A stretch of DNA of 50,365 nucleotides, taken from Candidatus Thorarchaeota archaeon. Its GTDB lineage: Archaea > Asgardarchaeota > Thorarchaeia > Thorarchaeales > Thorarchaeaceae. The stretch lies in NCBI GenBank assembly GCA_011364905.1, contig RDNZ01000011.1, positions 1-50,365 of the forward strand, in the 5' to 3' direction. Every line of letters begins with the position of its first letter. Position 1 is the stretch's first letter. The translations under genes and the position numbers were made by a program. Below, one piece after another: positions 1 to 8,558 of this stretch. The notes beneath the pieces are model-generated. The model was not told where the DNA came from. It did no database searches and saw nothing but the letters and a program-made list of their open reading frames with translations.

Positions 1-1260
1 AATCTCGCGTTCCTTCCATGCCCTGTCATGTTTACCAAAACACCATGCCACACCTGCGTATCCATTAGGGTCTCGACCATCAAGTTCGTATTTGTCATTC
101 AGTTCGATACAGATATGGTATGCTTCCTCAGGAGAGTCGCTCCACTCTATGATCTTCTTACCCCAATACATCCTCATGTATCCATGCATCTTTCCTGTTC
201 TTGTCATCTCCCTTTGAGCAGCATTCCAGTAGTGGTCATGAGTCCTTGACTGCTCCAACTCACGGATGGTGTAGGTATAGTCTCTTGGGTCCGAGGCATG
301 GAGATCTAGGGTTTCTTTCGCCCATCTTGGCAGACATTCTATGTTGTCATAATTGTCATTGTAAAACGCAAAATTCATACTTAGCTCCCTTCGTATTATG
401 AGCTCTTCGAGGTATGATTCTACACTAGAGCTTTCTGTTTTCAAGACTTCAAGCGCAATCTCTAGGGGAGATAGTTGACCAAAATGCAAGAACGGACTCA
501 TATTGGACAGATGGTCAGACGCAGGATCATTCCGTTGGGATGCGAAAACCTCCAAGTCGTTTAATATGAATTTCCTCAACAACTGACGCCCAGAACTTGC
601 TCCACCTCTGAATGGGATTTCTTGTAAATCACGGTTCTTAAGATGCAGTCCATTCACAGCTCTGTTGATATTTGAGAGGTCAGTATCGCCGAATCCGATG
701 TTATCGGATCTTTTTTTGACACGTCTGTTTCGCAAAGGTGCTAAATAGTCAGAGAGGATTCTATGGACCTTTGGTCTTATTGTGCCAGCTGAGTACTCCT
801 CTTTCTTAGAAACCGTTTCAACAGGGATAATGACATTTGTTTCAACCTGTACTAGGGGACAATCTATTGAACCTGCCACCACCCGTCGCCACTCTATTTG
901 ATTCCTCTGATAATCTCGGTCAACAATTATCATAGAAGCATCTTCCGCAAGAACAGGAATCATCTGCTGTGGGTCCTTCTGATAAACAGCAAAACCAATT
1001 CCTCGTTTATTTAGAGACTCACTGACTTCAAATAATCCCTGAAGCATGAATCGATAATGGGAAGCATTTGCGTATGGGTAGTTGTCCAGTAAACAGAATA
1101 CTGTCAACAGCGGCTGATTGTGTTCATTGGCTTGTTCAACAGCATATTCCAATGCATGATTAAAATCACTTCTCTGAGATGCTTGCATCCAGTAAAGAGT
1201 GTATTTGCCATTCTGTACTGAATTAGAGTTCAGAGAACATAATCGGTCTGGATTTATCAA
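1..1260 (-). CDS. phrB: Class II CPD DNA photolyase (3' end runs off the window)
   Basis: Not in the ORF track; translated by hand at both ends. From TTG at 1260: ...YTLYWMQASQRSDFNHALEYA...; near the window edge: NDKYELDGRDPNGYAGVAWCFGKHDRAWKERE, the class II photolyase FAD-binding signature. Confidence 0.93.
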   Translation of the reverse strand, partial: MINPDRLCSLNSNSVQNGKYTLYWMQASQRSDFNHALEYAVEQANEHNQPLLTVFCLLDNYPYANASHYRFMLQGLFEVSESLNKRGIGFAVYQKDPQQMIPVLAEDASMIIVDRDYQRNQIEWRRVVAGSIDCPLVQVETNVIIPVETVSKKEEYSAGTIRPKVHRILSDYLAPLRNRRVKKRSDNIGFGDTDLSNINRAVNGLHLKNRDLQEIPFRGGASSGRQLLRKFILNDLEVFASQRNDPASDHLSNMSPFLHFGQLSPLEIALEVLKTESSSVESYLEELIIRRELSMNFAFYNDNYDNIECLPRWAKETLDLHASDPRDYTYTIRELEQSRTHDHYWNAAQREMTRTGKMHGYMRMYWGKKIIEWSDSPEEAYHICIELNDKYELDGRDPNGYAGVAWCFGKHDRAWKEREI

Positions 1261-1305
1261 TGCACATCCAGTTCTTGAAAATCCCCTAATGAAGAGTTGG
1301 TTTGT

Positions 1306-2076
1306 TCATATCGGTAATTGCCAAAGCGCCCATGGAGGCAACTGAATGAACAAACGGGTATACATGATAATAGCTAGGACAAGCAATGATACAATTACTA
1401 CCCCCCAGTCGCGACTTCTAAACTTGAGTGGATTCATATAGGTCCTATGCTCGCTGGCTCCAAATCCTCTTGATTCCATGCTCTCTGCTATGGATAGAGC
1501 TCGTCGTATAGACACGATGATTAGAGGAACAATAATGGGCACAATATTACGAATTCGTTTCAGCAAATTGCCCTTGTCTAGCTCAACACCGCGAGCTTTC
1601 TGTGCGTCCATAATTGCATAAGCTTCACGCCCAAGCGTCGGCACGTACCTCATTGCCATACTCATGGCAAACGCAAACTCGAATTTTACACGCATCTGAA
1701 TCAAAGCTTGTGAGAGTTCGTCCGGATGCACAGTAAGAAAGAACACAGAGAAAGAGGTCATCAGTGCTATGAGACGCAGAGTAAGTGCCAAGGATTGAGA
1801 GAAGGGATTGGTAGCAGTTGATAGTAATGTGTTGAAGACTATAATGAAAATGAGGAGGACTGAAAGGCCTTTCATGCTGCGACCCCATCGACGGAGAGAT
1901 TTGGCTGCAGCTATGATTGGAATAAGGCAGCAGAATATGATCAACAAGGGGACTATAGAGAGGAACGATAATGAGATTATAGCCAGCACAATAGACATGA
2001 CGAGCTTTGCTCGCGGATCCAAACGATGTATCACTGAGTCCTGACGAGTGTATTGAAAGACTTCGAGAAAAGACAT
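1306..2076 (-). CDS. ecfT: ECF transporter transmembrane component T
   Basis: IHRLDPRAKL N-terminus, AQKARG and AESMESRGF motifs; follows two ABC ATPases. Confidence 0.93.
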   Translation of the reverse strand: MSFLEVFQYTRQDSVIHRLDPRAKLVMSIVLAIISLSFLSIVPLLIIFCCLIPIIAAAKSLRRWGRSMKGLSVLLIFIIVFNTLLSTATNPFSQSLALTLRLIALMTSFSVFFLTVHPDELSQALIQMRVKFEFAFAMSMAMRYVPTLGREAYAIMDAQKARGVELDKGNLLKRIRNIVPIIVPLIIVSIRRALSIAESMESRGFGASEHRTYMNPLKFRSRDWGVVIVSLLVLAIIMYTRLFIQLPPWALWQLPI

Positions 2077-2901
2077 CTAGGTCCCTCCTAGGACATTCAC
2101 AACAGCTTCTTCGAGGTCATCCAACAACGTAATTCTTTGGGGGACATCTGAGAAGATAGCATGGAGACACATAGCAGCGTCCGTTAGCTGTGGTCTTGTG
2201 AGAGAACATTTCTCTATAACCTCAGTATTGCTTAGGACAGAGTTTGTTGGACCATCTGCAACTATTCTGCCATCTGCCATCGCAACTGTGCGTGGGAAGT
2301 TTTCTATGACGAACTCAATATCATGGGTGACTACGAGGACTGTCTTGCCCTTTTCGTTCAATTCGCTGAGCATACTTGCGAGCTTGTCTTTCTGGCGAGC
2401 GTCCTGACCGATTGTGGGTTCATCGAGGGATAGAACTCTTGGTTCAGTTGCAAGAACTGAGGCAAGTGCAACCCTTTTTCGTTCACCCCCGGACAATGTG
2501 AAGGGAGACCGCTCAGCAAGTCCTTCAAGGCCTAGATCATTTAGAGTCCTCATGCAACGCTCCTTAGATTCCTCTTTCGAGTATCCCAGGTTATCCAGAC
2601 TGAACAGAATCTCACGCTCTACAGTTTCCAGGAAAAGCTGATGGTCGGGATTTTGCATAACAAGTCCAATCTCTCGGGAGAGTTCTGCTACTGAGTAATG
2701 CTTCGTATCCACTCCATCTAGGATAACCCGACCTCGGTCTGGGCGAAGAAGACCATTGAGATGCTTTACCAAGGTGGTCTTGCCAGCTCCATTACTTCCC
2801 ATGACTGCAATTCGTTCACCATCATCAATCTGAAGGGAAACACCCTGTAGTGCAGTGTATAGACCATCATAGGCGAAATGTACATCTTCGAGGAGTATCA
2901 T
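2077..2901 (-). CDS. ecfA2: ECF transporter ATPase A'
   Basis: Walker A GSNGAGKT, QNPDHQLF, LSGGERKR, LDEPT. Start moved to ATG 2901 (MILLEDV), which overlaps the upstream stop as ATGA. Confidence 0.9.
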   Translation of the reverse strand: MILLEDVHFAYDGLYTALQGVSLQIDDGERIAVMGSNGAGKTTLVKHLNGLLRPDRGRVILDGVDTKHYSVAELSREIGLVMQNPDHQLFLETVEREILFSLDNLGYSKEESKERCMRTLNDLGLEGLAERSPFTLSGGERKRVALASVLATEPRVLSLDEPTIGQDARQKDKLASMLSELNEKGKTVLVVTHDIEFVIENFPRTVAMADGRIVADGPTNSVLSNTEVIEKCSLTRPQLTDAAMCLHAIFSDVPQRITLLDDLEEAVVNVLGGT

Positions 2902-3740
2902 CTCCGTTTGACCTCCTGCACGATAGCAGCGAGCTCTGCTCCTGTAAGAGGCACGGTATCCAGAGTTATTCCTCGTTTTTTCAGCCGCTTGTAGAGTTGT
3001 GTTGCCTTGGGGATTCCCACACCAATCTCTTGACACAAATCCGAAGTCAGGACATCTCGTGGGGCACCGTCAGCTATCAACCTACCCTTATCCATCAATA
3101 CGACTCGAGATGCATCCTTCGACACCAAGTCCAACCGATGCTCAACAAGAACCACAGTCATATCGCGTTTGTTCAGTTCTGCAATTAGATTTAGAATCGC
3201 CTCAGCACTCTTTGGATCCAGATTCGATGTTGGTTCGTCAGCAACTAACACTTTGGGTTTCAAAGCCAGTGTTGCAGCCATCGCCACTCGTTGTTGTTCG
3301 CCTCCAGACATCTCATGTGGGTGTTTATCACGAAGATGATCAAGATCCAGCATGTCTATGAGCTCCTCAACGCGGCGACGTACTTCCTCAGGCGCAACTC
3401 CTAGATTCTCTGGTCCAAAGGCAATCTCCCTCTCTACGTTCAGTGTAACCAACTGATTCTCTGGTTGTTGAAACACTAGTCCTGCAATCTGAGCAAGTTC
3501 TGCAACACTACTCTCTCTCGTGTTCTTGCCATCAACTATGACATTCCCTGCAATGTAGCCACGATGAAACTGGGGCACAAGGCCGTTAATAGCACGACAG
3601 AGAGTCGTTTTCCCGCAACCACTGGGACCTGTGATGACAACATACTCTCCCTCCTCAATTTTTAGGTCAACTTTCCTGAGTGCAAGAGAGTCTGCTCCAA
3701 GATACTTGAAACTGAAATCTGCAAACTCGATGAGTGACAC
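2898..3740 (-). CDS. ecfA1: ECF transporter ATPase A
   Basis: GPSGCGKT, FQQPENQ, MSGGEQQR, DEPTSNLD. Start moved to GTG 3740, preceded by GGAGG. Confidence 0.9.
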   Translation of the reverse strand: MSLIEFADFSFKYLGADSLALRKVDLKIEEGEYVVITGPSGCGKTTLCRAINGLVPQFHRGYIAGNVIVDGKNTRESSVAELAQIAGLVFQQPENQLVTLNVEREIAFGPENLGVAPEEVRRRVEELIDMLDLDHLRDKHPHEMSGGEQQRVAMAATLALKPKVLVADEPTSNLDPKSAEAILNLIAELNKRDMTVVLVEHRLDLVSKDASRVVLMDKGRLIADGAPRDVLTSDLCQEIGVGIPKATQLYKRLKKRGITLDTVPLTGAELAAIVQEVKRR

Positions 3741-3753
3741 TCTAGCTAACCTC

Positions 3754-4761
3754 CTAGGTTGGCAAATCTTCGTGTGCGCCACGTTTTTGTTCGATAGCCC
3801 TCTTAATGAGTTCAATGGAATGAACCATTGCTTTCTCGAGGTTCGTCTTACCATTGGCCCCAGCGGCATTGGCGTGGCCTCCGCCTTCACCCTCGATTAA
3901 GTGACCCAACGGCTTCATCAAATCAGAGCCCAGACTGACACCTGTCTTCTCATAGAATTCTCTCGTACTTCGAGAACTAAACCTCACAACATTCTTTGTG
4001 GGACGTCCACCAACTATAGCAACATCCGCACCGAGATCTATCATTCCCCTACATGCACTTGCTTCAAAGGCATTGATTTTGGAAATCGCGACAATCCAAT
4101 CATCAATGATATGAATCTTTATCCTTCCTGCAGCCTTGAGCCGAGCAATCCGTTCAGACCGGTCAGGTTTGATTAACAAGGACCTCACACATTTGCCATA
4201 GTCAGCTCCAGCATCGATTAGCCGTATTGCTGTGGACAAAGTGGCGGTTCCAGCATAGAAGAATCTACGCGTGTCAAAAATAAGTCCAGTTAATAACAGG
4301 TTGGCTGTGCTTGGATCAATCTTGACACAAAGGTCACTGTAGACTTTCACGATAATCTCACATGTCGACGACATTTCATCGTGCACAATCTGATGTTCTG
4401 CTATTAGGGCAATCTCAGGGTTTCGTTCATGATGGTCTATTACAATCGTCTTTTCAGGGTCATTCAGAATGTGCTGGAGTCCTTTTCCAAGTTGGAATCT
4501 ACTATTTGTGTCAATCAGAACCACCAAGTCATAGTTTGATTCCACTGTTCTCGAAACCTTCAGAATAGGGTTGAAAACTTCTAGAACCTGATTTGATAAG
4601 CGACTGATGTCATCTGCAACCAGCTGCGGACTTCCATCTGCGTTTATTGTTTTATAGAGACTAGCAAAAGCAACCATAGAGCAAATGGCATCTGGGTCTG
4701 CATTCTGATGCCCAAGAATGAGGGGTTTCTTGGAGTTTTTTAGCAGGTCTTCTATACTCAC
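3754..4761 (-). CDS. DHH/DHHA1 family phosphoesterase (NrnA-like)
   Basis: GHQNADPDA, IDT, IDHH, DTRRF and GGGH motifs; typical neighbour of the archaeal exosome superoperon. Confidence 0.9.
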   Translation of the reverse strand: MSIEDLLKNSKKPLILGHQNADPDAICSMVAFASLYKTINADGSPQLVADDISRLSNQVLEVFNPILKVSRTVESNYDLVVLIDTNSRFQLGKGLQHILNDPEKTIVIDHHERNPEIALIAEHQIVHDEMSSTCEIIVKVYSDLCVKIDPSTANLLLTGLIFDTRRFFYAGTATLSTAIRLIDAGADYGKCVRSLLIKPDRSERIARLKAAGRIKIHIIDDWIVAISKINAFEASACRGMIDLGADVAIVGGRPTKNVVRFSSRSTREFYEKTGVSLGSDLMKPLGHLIEGEGGGHANAAGANGKTNLEKAMVHSIELIKRAIEQKRGAHEDLPT

Positions 4762-5069
4762 TTCTTCTTCATCTCCGTTAGCTGATTCTCAAACCACTCA
4801 ACGCCAAAATCTGTGGCTTCTTGCAACAAATCGTCAAGCGAATGGCCTGTATCGAACAGTTGACTTATCTCCAGCTGGACGTCGAGGTCTAACTGTTTGT
4901 CTACAAACTCCAAAGAACAGCTAACGAACATGGTATCAATACTTTTCTCAGGAATTCTCTCTAGAATAAACTTGCTAACTTCCTCTTCACACGCCTCTGC
5001 AAGTTTTTCAATGGCTTCCTCAGACAGATCAGGAAGTCCTATACTAAGTGTAGGACTCATTTTTCTCAC
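4758..5069 (-). CDS. DUF3194-like small acidic protein
   Basis: IGLPDLSEEAIEKLAEACEE N-terminus; sits downstream of prefoldin beta, as in other archaea. Confidence 0.7.
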   Translation of the reverse strand: MRKMSPTLSIGLPDLSEEAIEKLAEACEEEVSKFILERIPEKSIDTMFVSCSLEFVDKQLDLDVQLEISQLFDTGHSLDDLLQEATDFGVEWFENQLTEMKKK

Positions 5070-5428
5070 TGGAGAGTCAGATTTCGCTTGGAAATCTCAA
5101 GCTGGATAGACTTCTGTAACTCGGCCAGCTCAGGAGTAAGCGTCTTGAGCTTGGCTTCAGCCTTTTTTATGCTGTTGTCAAGCTCCCGAACTCTATCCTC
5201 AAGCTCCTCAATCATTGATGGTTTTTCAACTCTAAACATAACCTGACCCACAGTCTTGTATGTAACCACATCGTCTGGTTGCTTTCCAAGCTGGTCAAGA
5301 GTTTCTTTGAGTTGATCAACTTGTTCTTTGTAAGCTCTGACCATGTTAGAATATCCTTCTTCCTGACGCCTCAGGTTGTCATACTTGCGAAGTTCATTCT
5401 CCAATTCAGGGGGTATATTCTGTGCCAT
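5066..5428 (-). CDS. pfdB: Prefoldin beta subunit
   Basis: 120 aa coiled-coil/hairpin/coiled-coil with YKTVGQVMF; synteny. Confidence 0.9.
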   Translation of the reverse strand: MAQNIPPELENELRKYDNLRRQEEGYSNMVRAYKEQVDQLKETLDQLGKQPDDVVTYKTVGQVMFRVEKPSMIEELEDRVRELDNSIKKAEAKLKTLTPELAELQKSIQLEISKRNLTLQ

Positions 5429-5511
5429 TTTTGTTCTCTCTCATCTTCAATAGTTGCTCAATTCAGACTGCGCCCTCGAAGTTGGGACTTAAGCGTTTTG
5501 ATTGGTCAATT

Positions 5512-5772
5512 TCAGTCCATTTGCTCGATGGATTTAATGCATGCAGAAACCCACGCAATATAGGAGTTCATGGCAGCTCGTAACGCAGTTATGTCCCCGG
5601 CTTCAACCTCTATTATCAGAACATTATCATGGACTGCAACAATTGTCGTTGCTCTGTCAGAGGGTCCTGATTGAGTTTCAGGGGTGAGCGCAGCAAGAAG
5701 AATGTCTGCGGTTTCCTTTGATTCTAGTGGAATCTCAATTGAGGCCTTGCCAGCAAGAATGTTCGCACTCAT
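5512..5772 (-). CDS. pcc1: KEOPS complex subunit Pcc1
   Basis: ALTPET, A.DITALRAAMNSYIAW; synteny. Confidence 0.9.
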   Translation of the reverse strand: MSANILAGKASIEIPLESKETADILLAALTPETQSGPSDRATTIVAVHDNVLIIEVEAGDITALRAAMNSYIAWVSACIKSIEQMD

Positions 5773-5773
5773 C

Positions 5774-6331
5774 CTATATGTTCCTCCTGATAGATGCTAC
5801 TCGGATTCTAGGACCAATTTCAAACTTATCTCTCGAATGGTAATGCGTCCACAGAATCTTTCCTGAAGGTAAATCCTCTAACCAGACCATTGACCAGTTT
5901 TCATCAACAGGTGCATCGCTCGGATCAGGCAACTCAGCCGCTTCTAGGTTTAAAAGAGAACCTAATAATTCTCCTAAATCCCGAGTTTTCTCACTGCTTC
6001 GAGTTTTTATAAAAACACCAGCGATTCCTGCTATTCTAACTCTGTTGCCTGGATTTACCTCACGCCGGAGTTTAGCACTCTCCATTTTTACTGTGTATAT
6101 TTCCTTCCCCATTTGGTTCATGAAGACAAGAAGACTCGGATTTCCTCTTCTCATTGATATAACTACAGCTCCATTCGCACCAGACGTATGAATCCGAGCA
6201 GAGAGTTCTTGTAGTCCAATTCCTCCCCGATTGAATCTCTCAGTTCCACTGAGTACTGTACACAAATCACGAGAGAAAGAACGCACTCTATTTGAAGTCT
6301 TTCTAGATGTTGTAATGAGGAGACTTGGCAA
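5774..6331 (-). CDS. Brix-domain (Imp4-like) ribosome biogenesis protein
   Basis: LLITTSRKTSNRVRSFSRDL, NRG, RGNP and C-terminal EIGPRI. Start probably TTG 6331. Confidence 0.85.
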   Translation of the reverse strand: MPSLLITTSRKTSNRVRSFSRDLCTVLSGTERFNRGGIGLQELSARIHTSGANGAVVISMRRGNPSLLVFMNQMGKEIYTVKMESAKLRREVNPGNRVRIAGIAGVFIKTRSSEKTRDLGELLGSLLNLEAAELPDPSDAPVDENWSMVWLEDLPSGKILWTHYHSRDKFEIGPRIRVASIRRNI

Positions 6332-6347
6332 AATAGTCCGGCCTTGG

Positions 6348-6749
6348 TTATTCTTCCTCAGTAGAGGTCGTCGCATCCGCATCGGTGACTGTTTCTGCAT
6401 CAATCACGATTTCCTCTTTCTCAACATTTGGTAGGAAATCAACTACGTCTTCGATGTCCTCATTCTCTCGAAGCGAGAGAAAATCACCCGAAACTCTTTG
6501 AGCTATTGCCCTCTTAGCAGCTTTCCCAGCATCGGTATATGGAACGTATGCACCTCCTGCAAAGATAAGACTGCATTTGCTGCACTCCCAAAGGCCCGCC
6601 GCCTTTCGCTTCAAGGCTTTAGTAGCACATGCTGGACAACGATTTGGTTCCTTCCTCCGGTTGTCTATATCAAGGACTCTTCTTCGTAGCTTAGCACCAT
6701 ACCTTGATCCATATCTTCCTGTGCTACCAACCTTCTTGGTTCGTGCCAT
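6348..6749 (-). CDS. rpl37ae: 50S ribosomal protein L37Ae (eL43) with acidic C-terminal extension
   Basis: TKKVGSTGRYGSRYG, zinc ribbon CPAC...CSKC, FAGGAYVP. Confidence 0.96.
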   Translation of the reverse strand: MARTKKVGSTGRYGSRYGAKLRRRVLDIDNRRKEPNRCPACATKALKRKAAGLWECSKCSLIFAGGAYVPYTDAGKAAKRAIAQRVSGDFLSLRENEDIEDVVDFLPNVEKEEIVIDAETVTDADATTSTEEE

Positions 6750-6866
6750 ATTCCGGTCTCCTAGTTGTGTTAATGCTTCACTCCCTTGGGCGTGAAGATA
6801 GGCTGCTGGAACCTATCAGTCGCCCGTCTGAATCTCTTATTAGATTATCTATTTGTGAGCGGTAAA

Positions 6867-6896
6867 TAGATGGTCAGATGCGAATAAGACCATCTA
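6867..6896 (-). terminator. Hairpin immediately downstream of the rrp42 stop
   Basis: tagatggtc (6867-6875) pairs with gaccatcta (6888-6896). Confidence 0.4.
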
Positions 6897-6904
6897 CTTG
6901 TGCT

Positions 6905-7732
6905 CTACTCTACAGACTTCACAGCATCATCGACCACTTTGTGGATATCCTTACTTGCCTCGAGAGCCATGTCCATAGCCTGATCTATGAGCTCAAGCGA
7001 CATAGGACCAGAACCACCACCCTTCTGCATTGCAGTAAAGTTATTGTTCTTGTCGACAGCCATTGTAAATCTACAATCCTGAACGAACTCCTCCTTCAGG
7101 ATAGTATCGAGAATCAGAATGTCATCAATTTTTGCTACTGTATGTTCCACTGCAACATTCTTTAAGGGCAGAGACAGCACCTCACCGGTTTGAACGAGCT
7201 TGCCCTCTTCTACTTTCATCTCAGGATATTTGGTAGTGAGCAGCGCTGCATTAACCGCAATAGAGGATGCGTCGATGAGGTTTCCATCGTACTCCAGAGG
7301 ATATACATCAGCAAACACCATGTAGACTTTCTTGCCTTCCGCAATGCACAGCTTCTTGGCATCAACAGTTTCAGACTCTCGCACACCTCGATCTACAACT
7401 CGTGCTAGTTCGATGGCGTCCTCCTTAGGTGGTCCAAGTTCGAAGAGCGGCGATGCGATTGGTGACATCTCAGCAGTGACCATCGTCACCCCTTCATCAG
7501 GTGAGTCGGAATATGGTTCTCCGACAAGAACCTTAACACCTGCAACTACGGTCGTGTTTCCCAGTCTTACGAGAGCGGAGCCTTCGGCTTTCGCAGCCAC
7601 AACATTCACTTCAACCTCAATATCCCGGTACTCATTAAATGCGCGACCATCAAGTCGCTCGCCCTTCCGCAAAAGATCCGATATGAACTCACGGTCAATA
7701 TGACTGATTGTTTCAGTGCTATAATCGCCCAT
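6905..7732 (-). CDS. rrp42: Exosome subunit Rrp42
   Basis: RNase PH fold: RLDGR, AEGSALVRLG, ELARVVDRGVRES, DGNLIDA. Confidence 0.96.
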   Translation of the reverse strand: MGDYSTETISHIDREFISDLLRKGERLDGRAFNEYRDIEVEVNVVAAKAEGSALVRLGNTTVVAGVKVLVGEPYSDSPDEGVTMVTAEMSPIASPLFELGPPKEDAIELARVVDRGVRESETVDAKKLCIAEGKKVYMVFADVYPLEYDGNLIDASSIAVNAALLTTKYPEMKVEEGKLVQTGEVLSLPLKNVAVEHTVAKIDDILILDTILKEEFVQDCRFTMAVDKNNNFTAMQKGGGSGPMSLELIDQAMDMALEASKDIHKVVDDAVKSVE

Positions 7733-7733
7733 T

Positions 7734-8558
7734 CTACTCATCCTCCATTAAATCAGCTTCGCCAAGATCTGTTTCCATATCATCGTCGAAGTCATCGTCT
7801 TCATCATCGTCGTCCTCATCGCCGTTCTCAGATGCTTTCTTGACATACGCACGTCGGAGAGCTTCCTTTTGTAGCTCGTGCAGATATTTACATGAGTTGA
7901 TGCCCATCTGCATTGCCTCCAAAAGTTCCTCCTTTTTGAACATCCCATCCTGCTGCAAAAGGGTGATTTCATCTGTTGTAGGTAATATGGCCATGGGTAC
8001 ATCTCCTTGGCCATACTTGTCTTCCTCATCACCGAGGTCAACCAAGAGTTTGCCATCAGCTTTTCCAACAGCTACTGCAGGTATCAGACACCTCATTGGA
8101 ATCCCAGCATCAGCGAGTGCTAAAGATGCCGCATTGATTGCTGCGCAGCGTGTGCCGCCATCAGCCTGTATCACTTGAACAAAAACATCAACGACTGCTT
8201 TTGGAAACTCCTCAAGGAAGAGGGCTGGTTTTAGAGCATTGGCAACCACCATAGAGATCTCCTTCTCTCTTCGAGATGGAGCTGGTCTTTTTCTATCTGG
8301 TACAGAAAAAGTTGCCATTCGGTATTCAACCCGTAGGTACGCTCTATCATTCAATGTCAAGTGCCGTGGATGCAACTCCCTTGGACCATAAACAGCAGCG
8401 ATGATGTATGTTTTTCCTTGTCGGATAGATGCTGAGCCATCTGCTTGTTTGAGTACTCCAACCTTTAGCTCAATCGGTCGAAGTTCATCGGTTCTACGAC
8501 CATCTATTCTCAAGCCTTCAGGACTAATTAAAAAGTCAGGCTTTGTTTCAGGACTCAT
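7734..8558 (-). CDS. rrp41: Exosome catalytic subunit Rrp41
   Basis: RIDGRRTDELRP, AVYGPRE, SRREKEIS, ADGGTRCA, catalytic-region aspartates in EDKYGQGD. Confidence 0.96.
   Translation of the reverse strand: MSPETKPDFLISPEGLRIDGRRTDELRPIELKVGVLKQADGSASIRQGKTYIIAAVYGPRELHPRHLTLNDRAYLRVEYRMATFSVPDRKRPAPSRREKEISMVVANALKPALFLEEFPKAVVDVFVQVIQADGGTRCAAINAASLALADAGIPMRCLIPAVAVGKADGKLLVDLGDEEDKYGQGDVPMAILPTTDEITLLQQDGMFKKEELLEAMQMGINSCKYLHELQKEALRRAYVKKASENGDEDDDDEDDDFDDDMETDLGEADLMEDE

Noticed and set aside
2902-3890. Long N-terminal extensions in the ORF track (ecfA', ecfA; likewise Brix, aldolase, activator, korD)
   Set aside because: Most overlap upstream genes and all lack homology. Downstream starts with Shine-Dalgarno-like sites or stop/start overlaps fit better.
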